Source: Nitrogeniibacter aestuarii (GTDB taxonomy: Bacteria > Pseudomonadota > Gammaproteobacteria > Burkholderiales > Rhodocyclaceae). Taken from it: a stretch of DNA of 64,000 bases. Positions 57,018-64,000 of this stretch are shown here, piece by piece. The notes beneath the pieces were generated by a model, which saw only the letters and a program-made list of their open reading frames with translations, did no database searches and was not told where the DNA came from. Position 1 is the stretch's first letter, and each line of letters begins with the position of its first letter. The position numbers were made by a program, and so were the translations under genes. The stretch is from assembly GCF_017309585.1 (NCBI RefSeq), contig NZ_CP071321.1, positions 156,335 through 220,334 on the forward strand, read 5' to 3'.

Positions 57018-57893
57018 ATGGCCGAAGACGACTACCTCATCCTGCCCAGTCCGTTTGACGTCGCGCCGGGCAGGGTGCTCCTGCGCGAACCGCGTGACGC
57101 CGACCCGACGGTGCTTGAAGCGCGGCTGCGTGCCGGCACCTACGAGCACCCCTTCGTGGTGGATGACGGCGAACATCTGACGCTGTATCTGGGCTCGATC
57201 GAGCTTATCCAGACGGTCATGGACAAGAACGATCCTCAAGCGCTCATGCCCGGTTACAGCCAGGCCATGATGATGTTCCTGCTTTTCAATCCGCAGCCAC
57301 GCGACATCCTCATGGTGGGGCTGGGGGGCGGGGCCCTGCTCAAGGCCTGTCGTGCCCAGTTGCCTCGCGCGCGCATCGAGGCGGTGGATGTGGACCCGGC
57401 GGTGCTGGGTTGGCGGACGCTGTTTCAGCTGCCGCTCGATGATGCCCGGCTTGCGGTGAGCGTGGGTGACGGGGGTGTGTTCGTCGCGGCGCATCGGGGC
57501 GAGGTGGATGTCCTCATGATCGATGCCTTCGACGAGACCGGTTTCGCCCCTTCGCTGGATCGCCACGAGTTCGTCGCCCATGCCCACGCCGCGCTCTCGG
57601 CGCGCGGGCTGATGGTCACCAATCTGGCCGGGCCCGGCGCCGCCTACGGTGAGTTCCTCATGGCGATTCGCGAGGTGTTCGACGATCAGCTGCTGGTGGT
57701 GCCGGTGAGGGATGACGGCAATCACGTCCTGCTGGCCTTCAAGGACCCGTCGATGAGACCGGTCTGGCACCGGGTTCAGCGCATGGCCGCAGCGCTTGAA
57801 GCGCGCACGAAGCTTGCACTCGGGCGCTTCGTCGACGACGCGCAACGCATCGGTTGGCGGCGCCTGCCAGACACCCTGTGGCAGGCTGACTGA
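57018..57893 (+). CDS. spermidine/spermine synthase-like methyltransferase-fold protein
   Basis: ILMVGLGGG and VLMIDAFD motifs of aminopropyltransferase-like proteins. Confidence 0.65.
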   Translation: MAEDDYLILPSPFDVAPGRVLLREPRDADPTVLEARLRAGTYEHPFVVDDGEHLTLYLGSIELIQTVMDKNDPQALMPGYSQAMMMFLLFNPQPRDILMVGLGGGALLKACRAQLPRARIEAVDVDPAVLGWRTLFQLPLDDARLAVSVGDGGVFVAAHRGEVDVLMIDAFDETGFAPSLDRHEFVAHAHAALSARGLMVTNLAGPGAAYGEFLMAIREVFDDQLLVVPVRDDGNHVLLAFKDPSMRPVWHRVQRMAAALEARTKLALGRFVDDAQRIGWRRLPDTLWQAD

Positions 57894-58043
57894 GCGTGAT
57901 CCGGATCACGCCCGGCAATGGCTTCGGCGCCGGGTTGGTCGGAACGGTCGACCAGATCACGCTGTTCACCCGGCGGGTTACATAAAGTGGCGACGCACTG
58001 GGCGCTTGCGCCCGCACACCGCTTCGGGGAACAAGGAACAAGA

Positions 58044-58748
58044 ATGAAAGCAAAACACCTGATCGCACTTGCACTGGCCTCCGTGGCGGGTGCGGCCAAC
58101 GCAAATCTCATCGCCAACGGTGATTTCAATGCAGGCCTGTCCGGCTGGACGCTCCAGAATGGCGGTAGTGGCGCCTGGTATGCCGATGGCGTCGGCACGA
58201 CAACCCCGTTCAGCAATCACCAGACCAGCAGCGCCGGCGGTGGTGCCGGGACCTACGCGGTGACCGACCAGGGGGGTGGTGGCTTGCACGTGATGTCGCA
58301 AGTCTTCACCGTCAGCGCAAACCAGCAGGTGACGGTCGAGTTCGATCTGTTCGCCAACAGCTATGGCGGTAACGTCATCGACTGTGGTGTGATTGCCTAC
58401 AACGTTGGCCCGTGCCAATACACCATGGTGGATATCGTGCGCGCCAACGTGAATCCGCTCTCGCGTTCGGGCGGTGACGTCGTCGCCACACTGCTCTCAC
58501 CGTTCGTGGATCCGCTGTCGAATCCCAATCCGTTCACCAGTTACGCCTTTGATGTCTCCGCATTCCTTGCCGCGGGTGGCGATTTCCGTCTGCGCTTTGC
58601 CGAAGTGGATAATCGTGGCTACCTCAACGTGGGCGTAGACAACGTCAGTGTGCTGGCTGAAAGCGTGGTGCCGGAGCCTGCCTCCATCGCCCTGATCGGC
58701 CTTGGCCTCACCGGCCTGATGGTGTCCCGCCGCAAGAAGCAGTCCTGA
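58044..58748 (+). CDS. PEP-CTERM sorting-domain secreted protein
   Basis: Signal peptide (ALALASVAGAANA). C-terminal VPEPASIALIGLGLTGLMVSRRKKQS. Confidence 0.75.
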   Translation: MKAKHLIALALASVAGAANANLIANGDFNAGLSGWTLQNGGSGAWYADGVGTTTPFSNHQTSSAGGGAGTYAVTDQGGGGLHVMSQVFTVSANQQVTVEFDLFANSYGGNVIDCGVIAYNVGPCQYTMVDIVRANVNPLSRSGGDVVATLLSPFVDPLSNPNPFTSYAFDVSAFLAAGGDFRLRFAEVDNRGYLNVGVDNVSVLAESVVPEPASIALIGLGLTGLMVSRRKKQS

Positions 58749-58779
58749 TGCACGCGTGAGCCCAAGGCGCATTGCGTTG

Positions 58780-58809
58780 AAAAAAGCCCGGCACATGCCG
58801 GGCTTTTTT
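58780..58809 (+). terminator. Rho-independent terminator shared by convergent genes
   Basis: AAAAAAGCCCGGCACATGCCGGGCTTTTTT. Confidence 0.7.
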
Positions 58810-58829
58810 CATGAGCGTGGCGGGCGCGC

Positions 58830-59606
58830 TCAGCTTGTGGGCGCGTCACGCTTGAGTGTCTTCGCCAGCCCCTCGATCAGGTCTCCGGGCATGGGGAACA
58901 CGATGGTGTTGCTGCGGTCGTTGGCCACCTGGGTGAGGGTCTGCAGGTAACGCAGCTGCATGGCGCCGGGCTCGCGGCCGAGCATCTGGGCGGCCTCCAT
59001 GAGGCCGACGGCGGCCTGCTTTTCGCCCTCGGCATGGATCACCTTGGCCCGCCGCTCGCGCTCGGCCTCGGCCTGGCGGGCGATGGCGCGGATCATCGAC
59101 TCGTCGATGTCCACATGCTTGATCTCCACGTTGGCCACCTTGATGCCCCAGGCGTCGGTCTGAGCGTCGAGGATCTTCTGCACGTCCATGTTGAGCCGGT
59201 CGCGTTCGGTGAGCATCTCGTCCAGCTCGTGCTTGCCGAGCACCGCCCGCAGCGTCGTCTGGGCCAGCTGGCCGGTGGCCATCAGGTAGTTTTCCACCTG
59301 GATGATGGCTTTCTGCGGGTCCACCACGCGGAAGTACACCACCGCATTGACCTTCACCGACACGTTGTCGCGGGAGATCACGTCCTGGCTGGGCACGTCC
59401 ATGGTCACCACGCGCAGGTCCACCCGCACCATCTGCTGCAGCCCGGGGATGAGGATGATCAGGCCGGGCCCCTTCACGCTGGAGAAGCGCCCGAGGGTGA
59501 ACACCACGCCGCGCTCGTATTCGCGCAGGATCTTGATCGACGCGGCAATGAGTGCGATCAGGACGATGAGGATGGGCGCAATGCCCGTGAGTGTATCGAA
59601 GTTCAT
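58830..59606 (-). CDS. qmcA: SPFH/stomatin-family protein (QmcA-like)
   Basis: N-terminal TM then stomatin core ([14 protein letters not shown]...[41 protein letters not shown]). ATGA-coupled to the upstream nfeD. Confidence 0.85.
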   Translation of the reverse strand: MNFDTLTGIAPILIVLIALIAASIKILREYERGVVFTLGRFSSVKGPGLIILIPGLQQMVRVDLRVVTMDVPSQDVISRDNVSVKVNAVVYFRVVDPQKAIIQVENYLMATGQLAQTTLRAVLGKHELDEMLTERDRLNMDVQKILDAQTDAWGIKVANVEIKHVDIDESMIRAIARQAEAERERRAKVIHAEGEKQAAVGLMEAAQMLGREPGAMQLRYLQTLTQVANDRSNTIVFPMPGDLIEGLAKTLKRDAPTS

Positions 59607-61024
59607 GACTGACTCCCGTGATCGGTGTCGATGGGGGTGACGCTGAGGGTGAGGCCGTCCAGATCGGTGACGCGGATGGCGGTGCCGGGGGACAGGCCGG
59701 CGGGGTTGCGCAGTTGCCACCACTCGCCGTCAACATGCGCCCACAGGGCACCGTCGTCGCGGGTGTCCACATAGCCGGCGGCGCCGATGAGTGATTCGCG
59801 TCCGCTCGCGATCGGCCGCTGGCGGCTCTTCACGAGCAGGTTGCCGGCCAGGAAAATCAGCCCGGCCGCGGCCAGTGCGACGCCACCGAGGAAGGGCAGC
59901 GAGATGCCAAAGCCGGGCACGTCGCGATCCATGAGAAACAGCCCCCCGAGCATGAAGCTGATGATGCCGCCGATGCCCAGCACGCCGAAGCTGGGCATGA
60001 ACACCTCGGCGCCCATGAGCAGCATGCCGAAGGCGATGAGCGCCACGCCGGCCCAGTTGATGGGCAGCATCTGCAGGGCATACAGCGCCAGCAGCAGGCA
60101 GATGGCGCCGGCCACGCCCGGCACGCCGAAGCCGGGGCTGGTGAACTCCACGAACAGCCCGTAGAAGCCGATCATCATCAGCACCACGGCCAGTTGCGGG
60201 TTGGCCAGCACCGCCAGCACCTGGTGCCGCCAGCTCGGCGCAATGCGCTCGATGGTGGCGTCCGCCGTGTGCAGCGTGCGCATGCCGTCGTGCAGGCGTA
60301 CCTCGCGCCCGTCGAGCTGGCGCAGCAGATCGGGCAGGTCGGTGGCGATGATCTCGATCACGCCGCTCTCGAGCGCGGCCTTGGCCGACAGGCTGGCCGC
60401 GTCCCGCACGGCTTCTTCGGCAAAGCTCACATCGCGTCCGCGCAGTTCGGCCAGACTGCGGATATAGGCAATGGCATCGTTGGTGGCCTTGCGGGCGAGG
60501 GTGTCGCCGCCCAGTGAGGGTGTGATGCTTTCCTTGTCTGCTTCACCCTCGCCGGCCTCGGCCGGCGTGTCGGGCTTGCCACTGCCCCCGGGCATACCGC
60601 CCACGGCCACCGGTGAGGCGGCGCCCAGATTGGTGGCCGGGGTCATGGCCGCCACATGGCTCGCGTAGAGGATGAAGGTGCCGGCGCTGGCGGCGCGCGC
60701 GCCTTCCGGATGTACCCAGGTCACCACCGGCACGGGGGAGGCCAGAATGGCCTTGATGATCTGGCGCATGGAGGTGTCCAGGCCACCGGGGGTGTCGAGG
60801 GCAATGACGATCGCCTCAAGCCCGTCAGCCGGCTGCAGGCCACCGACGATGAAGTCCGCCGAGGCCGGCCCGATCACCTCGGCCACCTCCAGCACACGCA
60901 CCTGTGCGGCCTGGGCAACGCCGCCGAGAAGGGGCAGCAGACCCAGCAGCATCAAGAGCGATTGTCTCAGATAGCGCAGCGCGCACATGCGGGCCTCCCG
61001 CAACGGGTGAATGGCTTCAGTCAC
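59603..61024 (-). CDS. nfeD: NfeD-family membrane-bound ClpP-class serine protease (stomatin operon partner)
   Basis: ClpP-like N-terminal domain. Multiple TM helices. C-terminal OB-fold tail ([27 protein letters not shown]). Start may be the internal Met at 60988. Confidence 0.8.
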   Translation of the reverse strand: MTEAIHPLREARMCALRYLRQSLLMLLGLLPLLGGVAQAAQVRVLEVAEVIGPASADFIVGGLQPADGLEAIVIALDTPGGLDTSMRQIIKAILASPVPVVTWVHPEGARAASAGTFILYASHVAAMTPATNLGAASPVAVGGMPGGSGKPDTPAEAGEGEADKESITPSLGGDTLARKATNDAIAYIRSLAELRGRDVSFAEEAVRDAASLSAKAALESGVIEIIATDLPDLLRQLDGREVRLHDGMRTLHTADATIERIAPSWRHQVLAVLANPQLAVVLMMIGFYGLFVEFTSPGFGVPGVAGAICLLLALYALQMLPINWAGVALIAFGMLLMGAEVFMPSFGVLGIGGIISFMLGGLFLMDRDVPGFGISLPFLGGVALAAAGLIFLAGNLLVKSRQRPIASGRESLIGAAGYVDTRDDGALWAHVDGEWWQLRNPAGLSPGTAIRVTDLDGLTLSVTPIDTDHGSQS

Positions 61025-61099
61025 TTCAAGTCTAGATCACCGGGTCTGACGCGCGTGTGCCTCGCGGGTTCCCCGGGCTTTCCCGTACCATGGCGGCGA

Positions 61100-61348
61100 A
61101 TGCATTTCGACCATGAGGCGCCCCGAGCCGTGACTGACGAGCAACCCAACAATCCACTCCACGGTATCACCCTTGAGCGGGTGGTGACCGAACTGTCCGA
61201 GCATTACGGCTGGGCGGGCCTGGCGCAGCGGGTGAACATCAACTGCTTCAAGAACGAGCCCTCGGTAAAGTCCTCGCTCAAATTCCTGCGCCGCACACCC
61301 TGGGCACGGGCCGAGGTCGAAGCTCTGTACGTGGACACCTTCAGCTGA
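61100..61348 (+). CDS. DUF2132 (VF530-like) small protein
   Basis: 82 aa. [53 protein letters not shown] matches the conserved DUF2132 core. Confidence 0.6.
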   Translation: MHFDHEAPRAVTDEQPNNPLHGITLERVVTELSEHYGWAGLAQRVNINCFKNEPSVKSSLKFLRRTPWARAEVEALYVDTFS

Positions 61349-61436
61349 CCGGGCGTCGACGCCGGCGGGCGCGGGCGCCCATTGTCCCTGACGTGCGTGG
61401 GGTCTATGCTCTTGCGCGTGATCCCTGTCCAGGTGT

Positions 61437-62525
61437 TTGCGTAAGGTGCTTCTGATCGAGTTCTTCCGGCATCGGCGTGATGCGGCCACTGGCCAGCGCA
61501 TCCGCCTCGGGCGCAGCCGCCAGCTCGATCGCATCTTCCGCCGCATTCTCATCGCCGGTTGCGTGCTGCTGCTCATGTTCGCGGTGGGTAGCGTCGGTTT
61601 CTACTTCATCGGCGGCGAGGCCACCACCTGGTCAGATGCCGTCTACATGACGCTCATCACCCTCTCGACCGTCGGCTACGAAGAAGTCATGCCCATTCAG
61701 GGCACGGCCGACCGCCTGTTTACCGGCATCATCTCGCTGGTGGGGTTCGGCGCGGTCACCTTCATGTTCACCACCCTGTCGGTCTTCTTCCTCGAAGGCG
61801 ATCTGGACGAGACCCTGCGGAGACGACGCATGGAAAAGCACATCAGCAAACTCAAGGGCCACTACCTGATCTGCGGCTACGGCCGGGTGGGGCGCAACGT
61901 GGCCGAGGAGCTTGACGCCACGCACCGGCCCTACGTCGTGATCGACGCTGACGAGGAACGGCTTGCCGCCGCCCGCGAACGCCAGCCCGATCTGCTCTGT
62001 CTGGCGGGCGACGCCAGCGACGACGACCTCCTGCTGGCCGCCAATATCGAGGCGGCCGCCGGCGTGTTCGCCGTCACCGACGACGACAGTCGCAACCTGA
62101 TGATCGCCCTCACGGCCAAACAGCTGTGCCGCTCGACCCGCGTGGTGGCACGCTGCATGGAAGTGCGCAACAGCCCCAAGCTGCGCAAGGCCGGCGCCGA
62201 CATGGTCATCGCGCCGGATTTCACCGGTGGCCTGCGCATCGCCGCCGCCATGCTGCGCCCCGGTGTGCTGAGTTTTCTCGATGACCTGATCCGTTCGGAG
62301 ACCGCGCACCGGGTCGAAGAGATTCCCCTCCCCGAAGGCTTTGCATCCCGCCCGCTCGAAACCCTCGATCTGCCGGGCAAGGACGTGGTGTTGCTCGGCG
62401 TGCGCGAGCACCGGCACTTCCGCTTCAACCCGTCGGCCGATACCTGTCTTCAGGCGGGGCAGGTGCTGGTGGTGATGTGCGCGCCGGAAGCCCGCAAGGC
62501 CGTCGAGCAGGCCATCACCGGATAG
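61437..62525 (+). CDS. Kch-like cation channel with RCK (TrkA-N/TrkA-C) domain; non-canonical selectivity filter
   Basis: Two TM helices plus pore helix. Filter is TLSTVGYEEV (GYE instead of GYG). RCK Rossmann motif ICGYGRVGRNVAEEL. GTG start assumed. Confidence 0.65.
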   Translation: MRKVLLIEFFRHRRDAATGQRIRLGRSRQLDRIFRRILIAGCVLLLMFAVGSVGFYFIGGEATTWSDAVYMTLITLSTVGYEEVMPIQGTADRLFTGIISLVGFGAVTFMFTTLSVFFLEGDLDETLRRRRMEKHISKLKGHYLICGYGRVGRNVAEELDATHRPYVVIDADEERLAAARERQPDLLCLAGDASDDDLLLAANIEAAAGVFAVTDDDSRNLMIALTAKQLCRSTRVVARCMEVRNSPKLRKAGADMVIAPDFTGGLRIAAAMLRPGVLSFLDDLIRSETAHRVEEIPLPEGFASRPLETLDLPGKDVVLLGVREHRHFRFNPSADTCLQAGQVLVVMCAPEARKAVEQAITG

Positions 62526-62553
62526 CGATGGGCGCCATCGTGGGGTGCCGGTC

Positions 62554-63087
62554 TTATTCGACCACGAGTCGTCCGTTCGACCAGCGCACGACCTCAAACT
62601 CACCACACTGAAGGCATTTGTACCAGTTCATCGTATTGCCGCTCAGTTCAAGGGCGCTGAACGCCGCTTCGCTTCGGTCTGTGACCATGTGAGCTTGTGG
62701 TGTATTGCCTGTCAGCGCCAGCAGGAAGCGGCCGGTTTGTCCTGCCGGGGTCCTGTAGACGCCAACGAGGTATCGCTCTGGCGCGCCGTCTCCATTGAGA
62801 TCGGCTGACGCGCTCAACCGGAGTTGAGTATTGGTCAGTGCTTTCAGTTCGGTATCGGAGACAATCGCTTCCAGCTTTTTCAGCGTAAGTTCGCTCGCAC
62901 CTGACCACGCCGGATTCAATTGCGAGATGGGTATGCCCGCTACTTGTTGATCGTTTGCGTCCAGATGGAGCGTGAGCCACCACGCCGTGAGGGGCTCGGC
63001 GGGAGCCGGGGGCTCAGCGCTGGTGCAGGCTGCTGACAGCGAGATGCACGTGATCGCTGCACCGTACTTGAGCTTACCAATCCACAT
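62554..63087 (-). CDS. lipoprotein (177 aa), candidate immunity partner of the upstream M15 peptidase
   Basis: Signal peptide plus lipobox (ISLSAAC). Overlaps the 3' end of the M15 peptidase gene by 14 nt. Confidence 0.5.
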   Translation of the reverse strand: MWIGKLKYGAAITCISLSAACTSAEPPAPAEPLTAWWLTLHLDANDQQVAGIPISQLNPAWSGASELTLKKLEAIVSDTELKALTNTQLRLSASADLNGDGAPERYLVGVYRTPAGQTGRFLLALTGNTPQAHMVTDRSEAAFSALELSGNTMNWYKCLQCGEFEVVRWSNGRLVVE

Positions 63088-63535
63088 GCCAGTGACGACC
63101 TCCTGCGGCGCGTGGCTCACGAATGACGTGGGCTCCCAGCGCGCGAATTCTTGCTTCGATCCGGTTCAGTGTGTTTGCGTTGCCCACAGGCCAGCTGATG
63201 TCACGGGCTGAATTCGATAGATGCTTCGAGACAACAGCCCCGTTGCGTACAGCACGAGTGATGATGATCTCAAAGGCGTCGATCGTATCGTCAAGCGACG
63301 CGTTCATGTTGGTCAGATACCACTGATCCATCTCATGAATGTGGGGCCGGGGAAGATAGGTCCGGATAAATTCGTTTCGATCAGCGCGGATACGCTCTGC
63401 CATCAATTCAGCTTGGCGGCGCAGCGTTCGAGCGCGGCCGGTGATGCGAATGCCAGCCGATGGAAATTCTTTTTGAATGGTGGCGATCAGTTGATCGATT
63501 GTGGAGACTCTTCCCGATAAAACGGCGGAAGCCAT
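63074..63535 (-). CDS. LAS-type zinc peptidase, M15 (VanY/D-Ala-D-Ala carboxypeptidase-like) family; no signal peptide
   Basis: H-x6-D motif (SKHLSNSARDIS) and HxH motif (RHWHVDW). 153 aa. Confidence 0.6.
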   Translation of the reverse strand: MASAVLSGRVSTIDQLIATIQKEFPSAGIRITGRARTLRRQAELMAERIRADRNEFIRTYLPRPHIHEMDQWYLTNMNASLDDTIDAFEIIITRAVRNGAVVSKHLSNSARDISWPVGNANTLNRIEARIRALGAHVIREPRAAGGRHWHVDW

Positions 63536-63653
63536 GGCGCGTCCTGATTTGAGACAGATCGGGTCAGGATAGGTACGTGCCAAAAAATGTCAAATGAATT
63601 AATAGGGCGCCCGGTGCCTGTCGCCTGTTCCCGAGAGCGTCGAGCCGTGCCGC

Positions 63654-64000
63654 TCAGGGGGCCGTCAGCGTCTTCAGGTTGTGGCGCATGAGCCCGGTGT
63701 AGGTGTCGGCGCCGTCCTTGCGGGACAAGGCGTCGGCATACAGGGCGCCGCCCACGGTGGCGCCGGTCTCGCGCCCGATGCGCTGGATCAGGCGGTCGTC
63801 TGCCAGGGTTTCGAGATACACCCGATCCACGTTCAGCTCGCGCAACTGGCGGATCAGGTCCGCCACGGCAGCGGCCGAGGGCGCGGCTTCGTTCGACAGG
63901 CCCGCTGGCGCCAGAAAGTGCAGTCCATAGGCATGGGCGAAATAGCCGAAAGCGTCGTGCGGTGTCACCACCGTGCGTCGCGATGGCGGCAGGCTGGCAA
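63654..64000 (-). CDS. metal ABC transporter substrate-binding protein (ZnuA/TroA family), C-terminal part; gene continues beyond the window
   Basis: C-terminal TroA-fold segment (PHDAFGYFAHAYGL...VDRVYLETLADDRLIQRIGRETGATV). ORF runs off the window end. Confidence 0.7.
   Translation of the reverse strand, partial: ASLPPSRRTVVTPHDAFGYFAHAYGLHFLAPAGLSNEAAPSAAAVADLIRQLRELNVDRVYLETLADDRLIQRIGRETGATVGGALYADALSRKDGADTYTGLMRHNLKTLTAP

Overview
High-GC (~65-68%) proteobacterial chromosomal window, probably a Rhodocyclales-like betaproteobacterium, but the taxon is a guess. Ordinary housekeeping genes, in order along the window, are: RND efflux pump tail (permease + NodT lipoprotein), hscC plus a membrane J-protein, an aminotransferase, phasin, an MFS transporter, a fused HAD-phosphatase/GT20 synthase (GgpPS-like), feoABC, an M48 peptidase, a nine-heme cytochrome c, msrA, an MCP, MscS, isochorismatase, LysR, YceI, a spermidine-synthase-like protein, qmcA-nfeD, a K+-channel-like protein, and four PEP-CTERM exosortase substrates. 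The ordinary genes are interleaved with accessory material. Three accessory regions stand out. (1) 9.6-18.4 kb: an orphan T6SS vgrG island. It carries a VgrG-linked effector ending in an AHH-family HNH nuclease, with an in-frame TAA between the carrier and toxin parts. Three tandem mosaic 207-aa paralogs follow (putative immunity array), then an orphan phospholipase-D (Tle5-like) C-terminal fragment with its lipoprotein (putative Tli), all chained by ATGA overlaps. (2) 28.8-34.6 kb: an RNA-repair locus. rtcR (CARF/sigma54) is divergent from rtcB. The 2.8-kb spacer holds a tRNA mimic (D-arm, T-arm, acceptor, CCA, aberrant anticodon arm), a ~260-nt long-stem structured RNA, an SPFH/band-7 gene, a ~211-nt RNA with tRNA/tmRNA-like ends (GGGGCUG...T-arm...CAGCCCC-G-CCA) and a zinc-ribbon gene ATGA-coupled to rtcB. 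No rtcA follows. (3) 34.56-36.54 kb: a low-GC island inserted directly after rtcB that encodes an AAA_16/Arch_ATPase-like P-loop NTPase and a small membrane protein, a candidate two-gene defence module. Other notable items are an Hcp-fold protein with a Sec signal peptide and a PEP-CTERM anchor, a J-domain protein with a long Glu-Pro repeat encoded by hexanucleotide SSRs, and three cell-wall peptidase (M23, M23, M15) plus lipoprotein pairs that look like effector/immunity modules.
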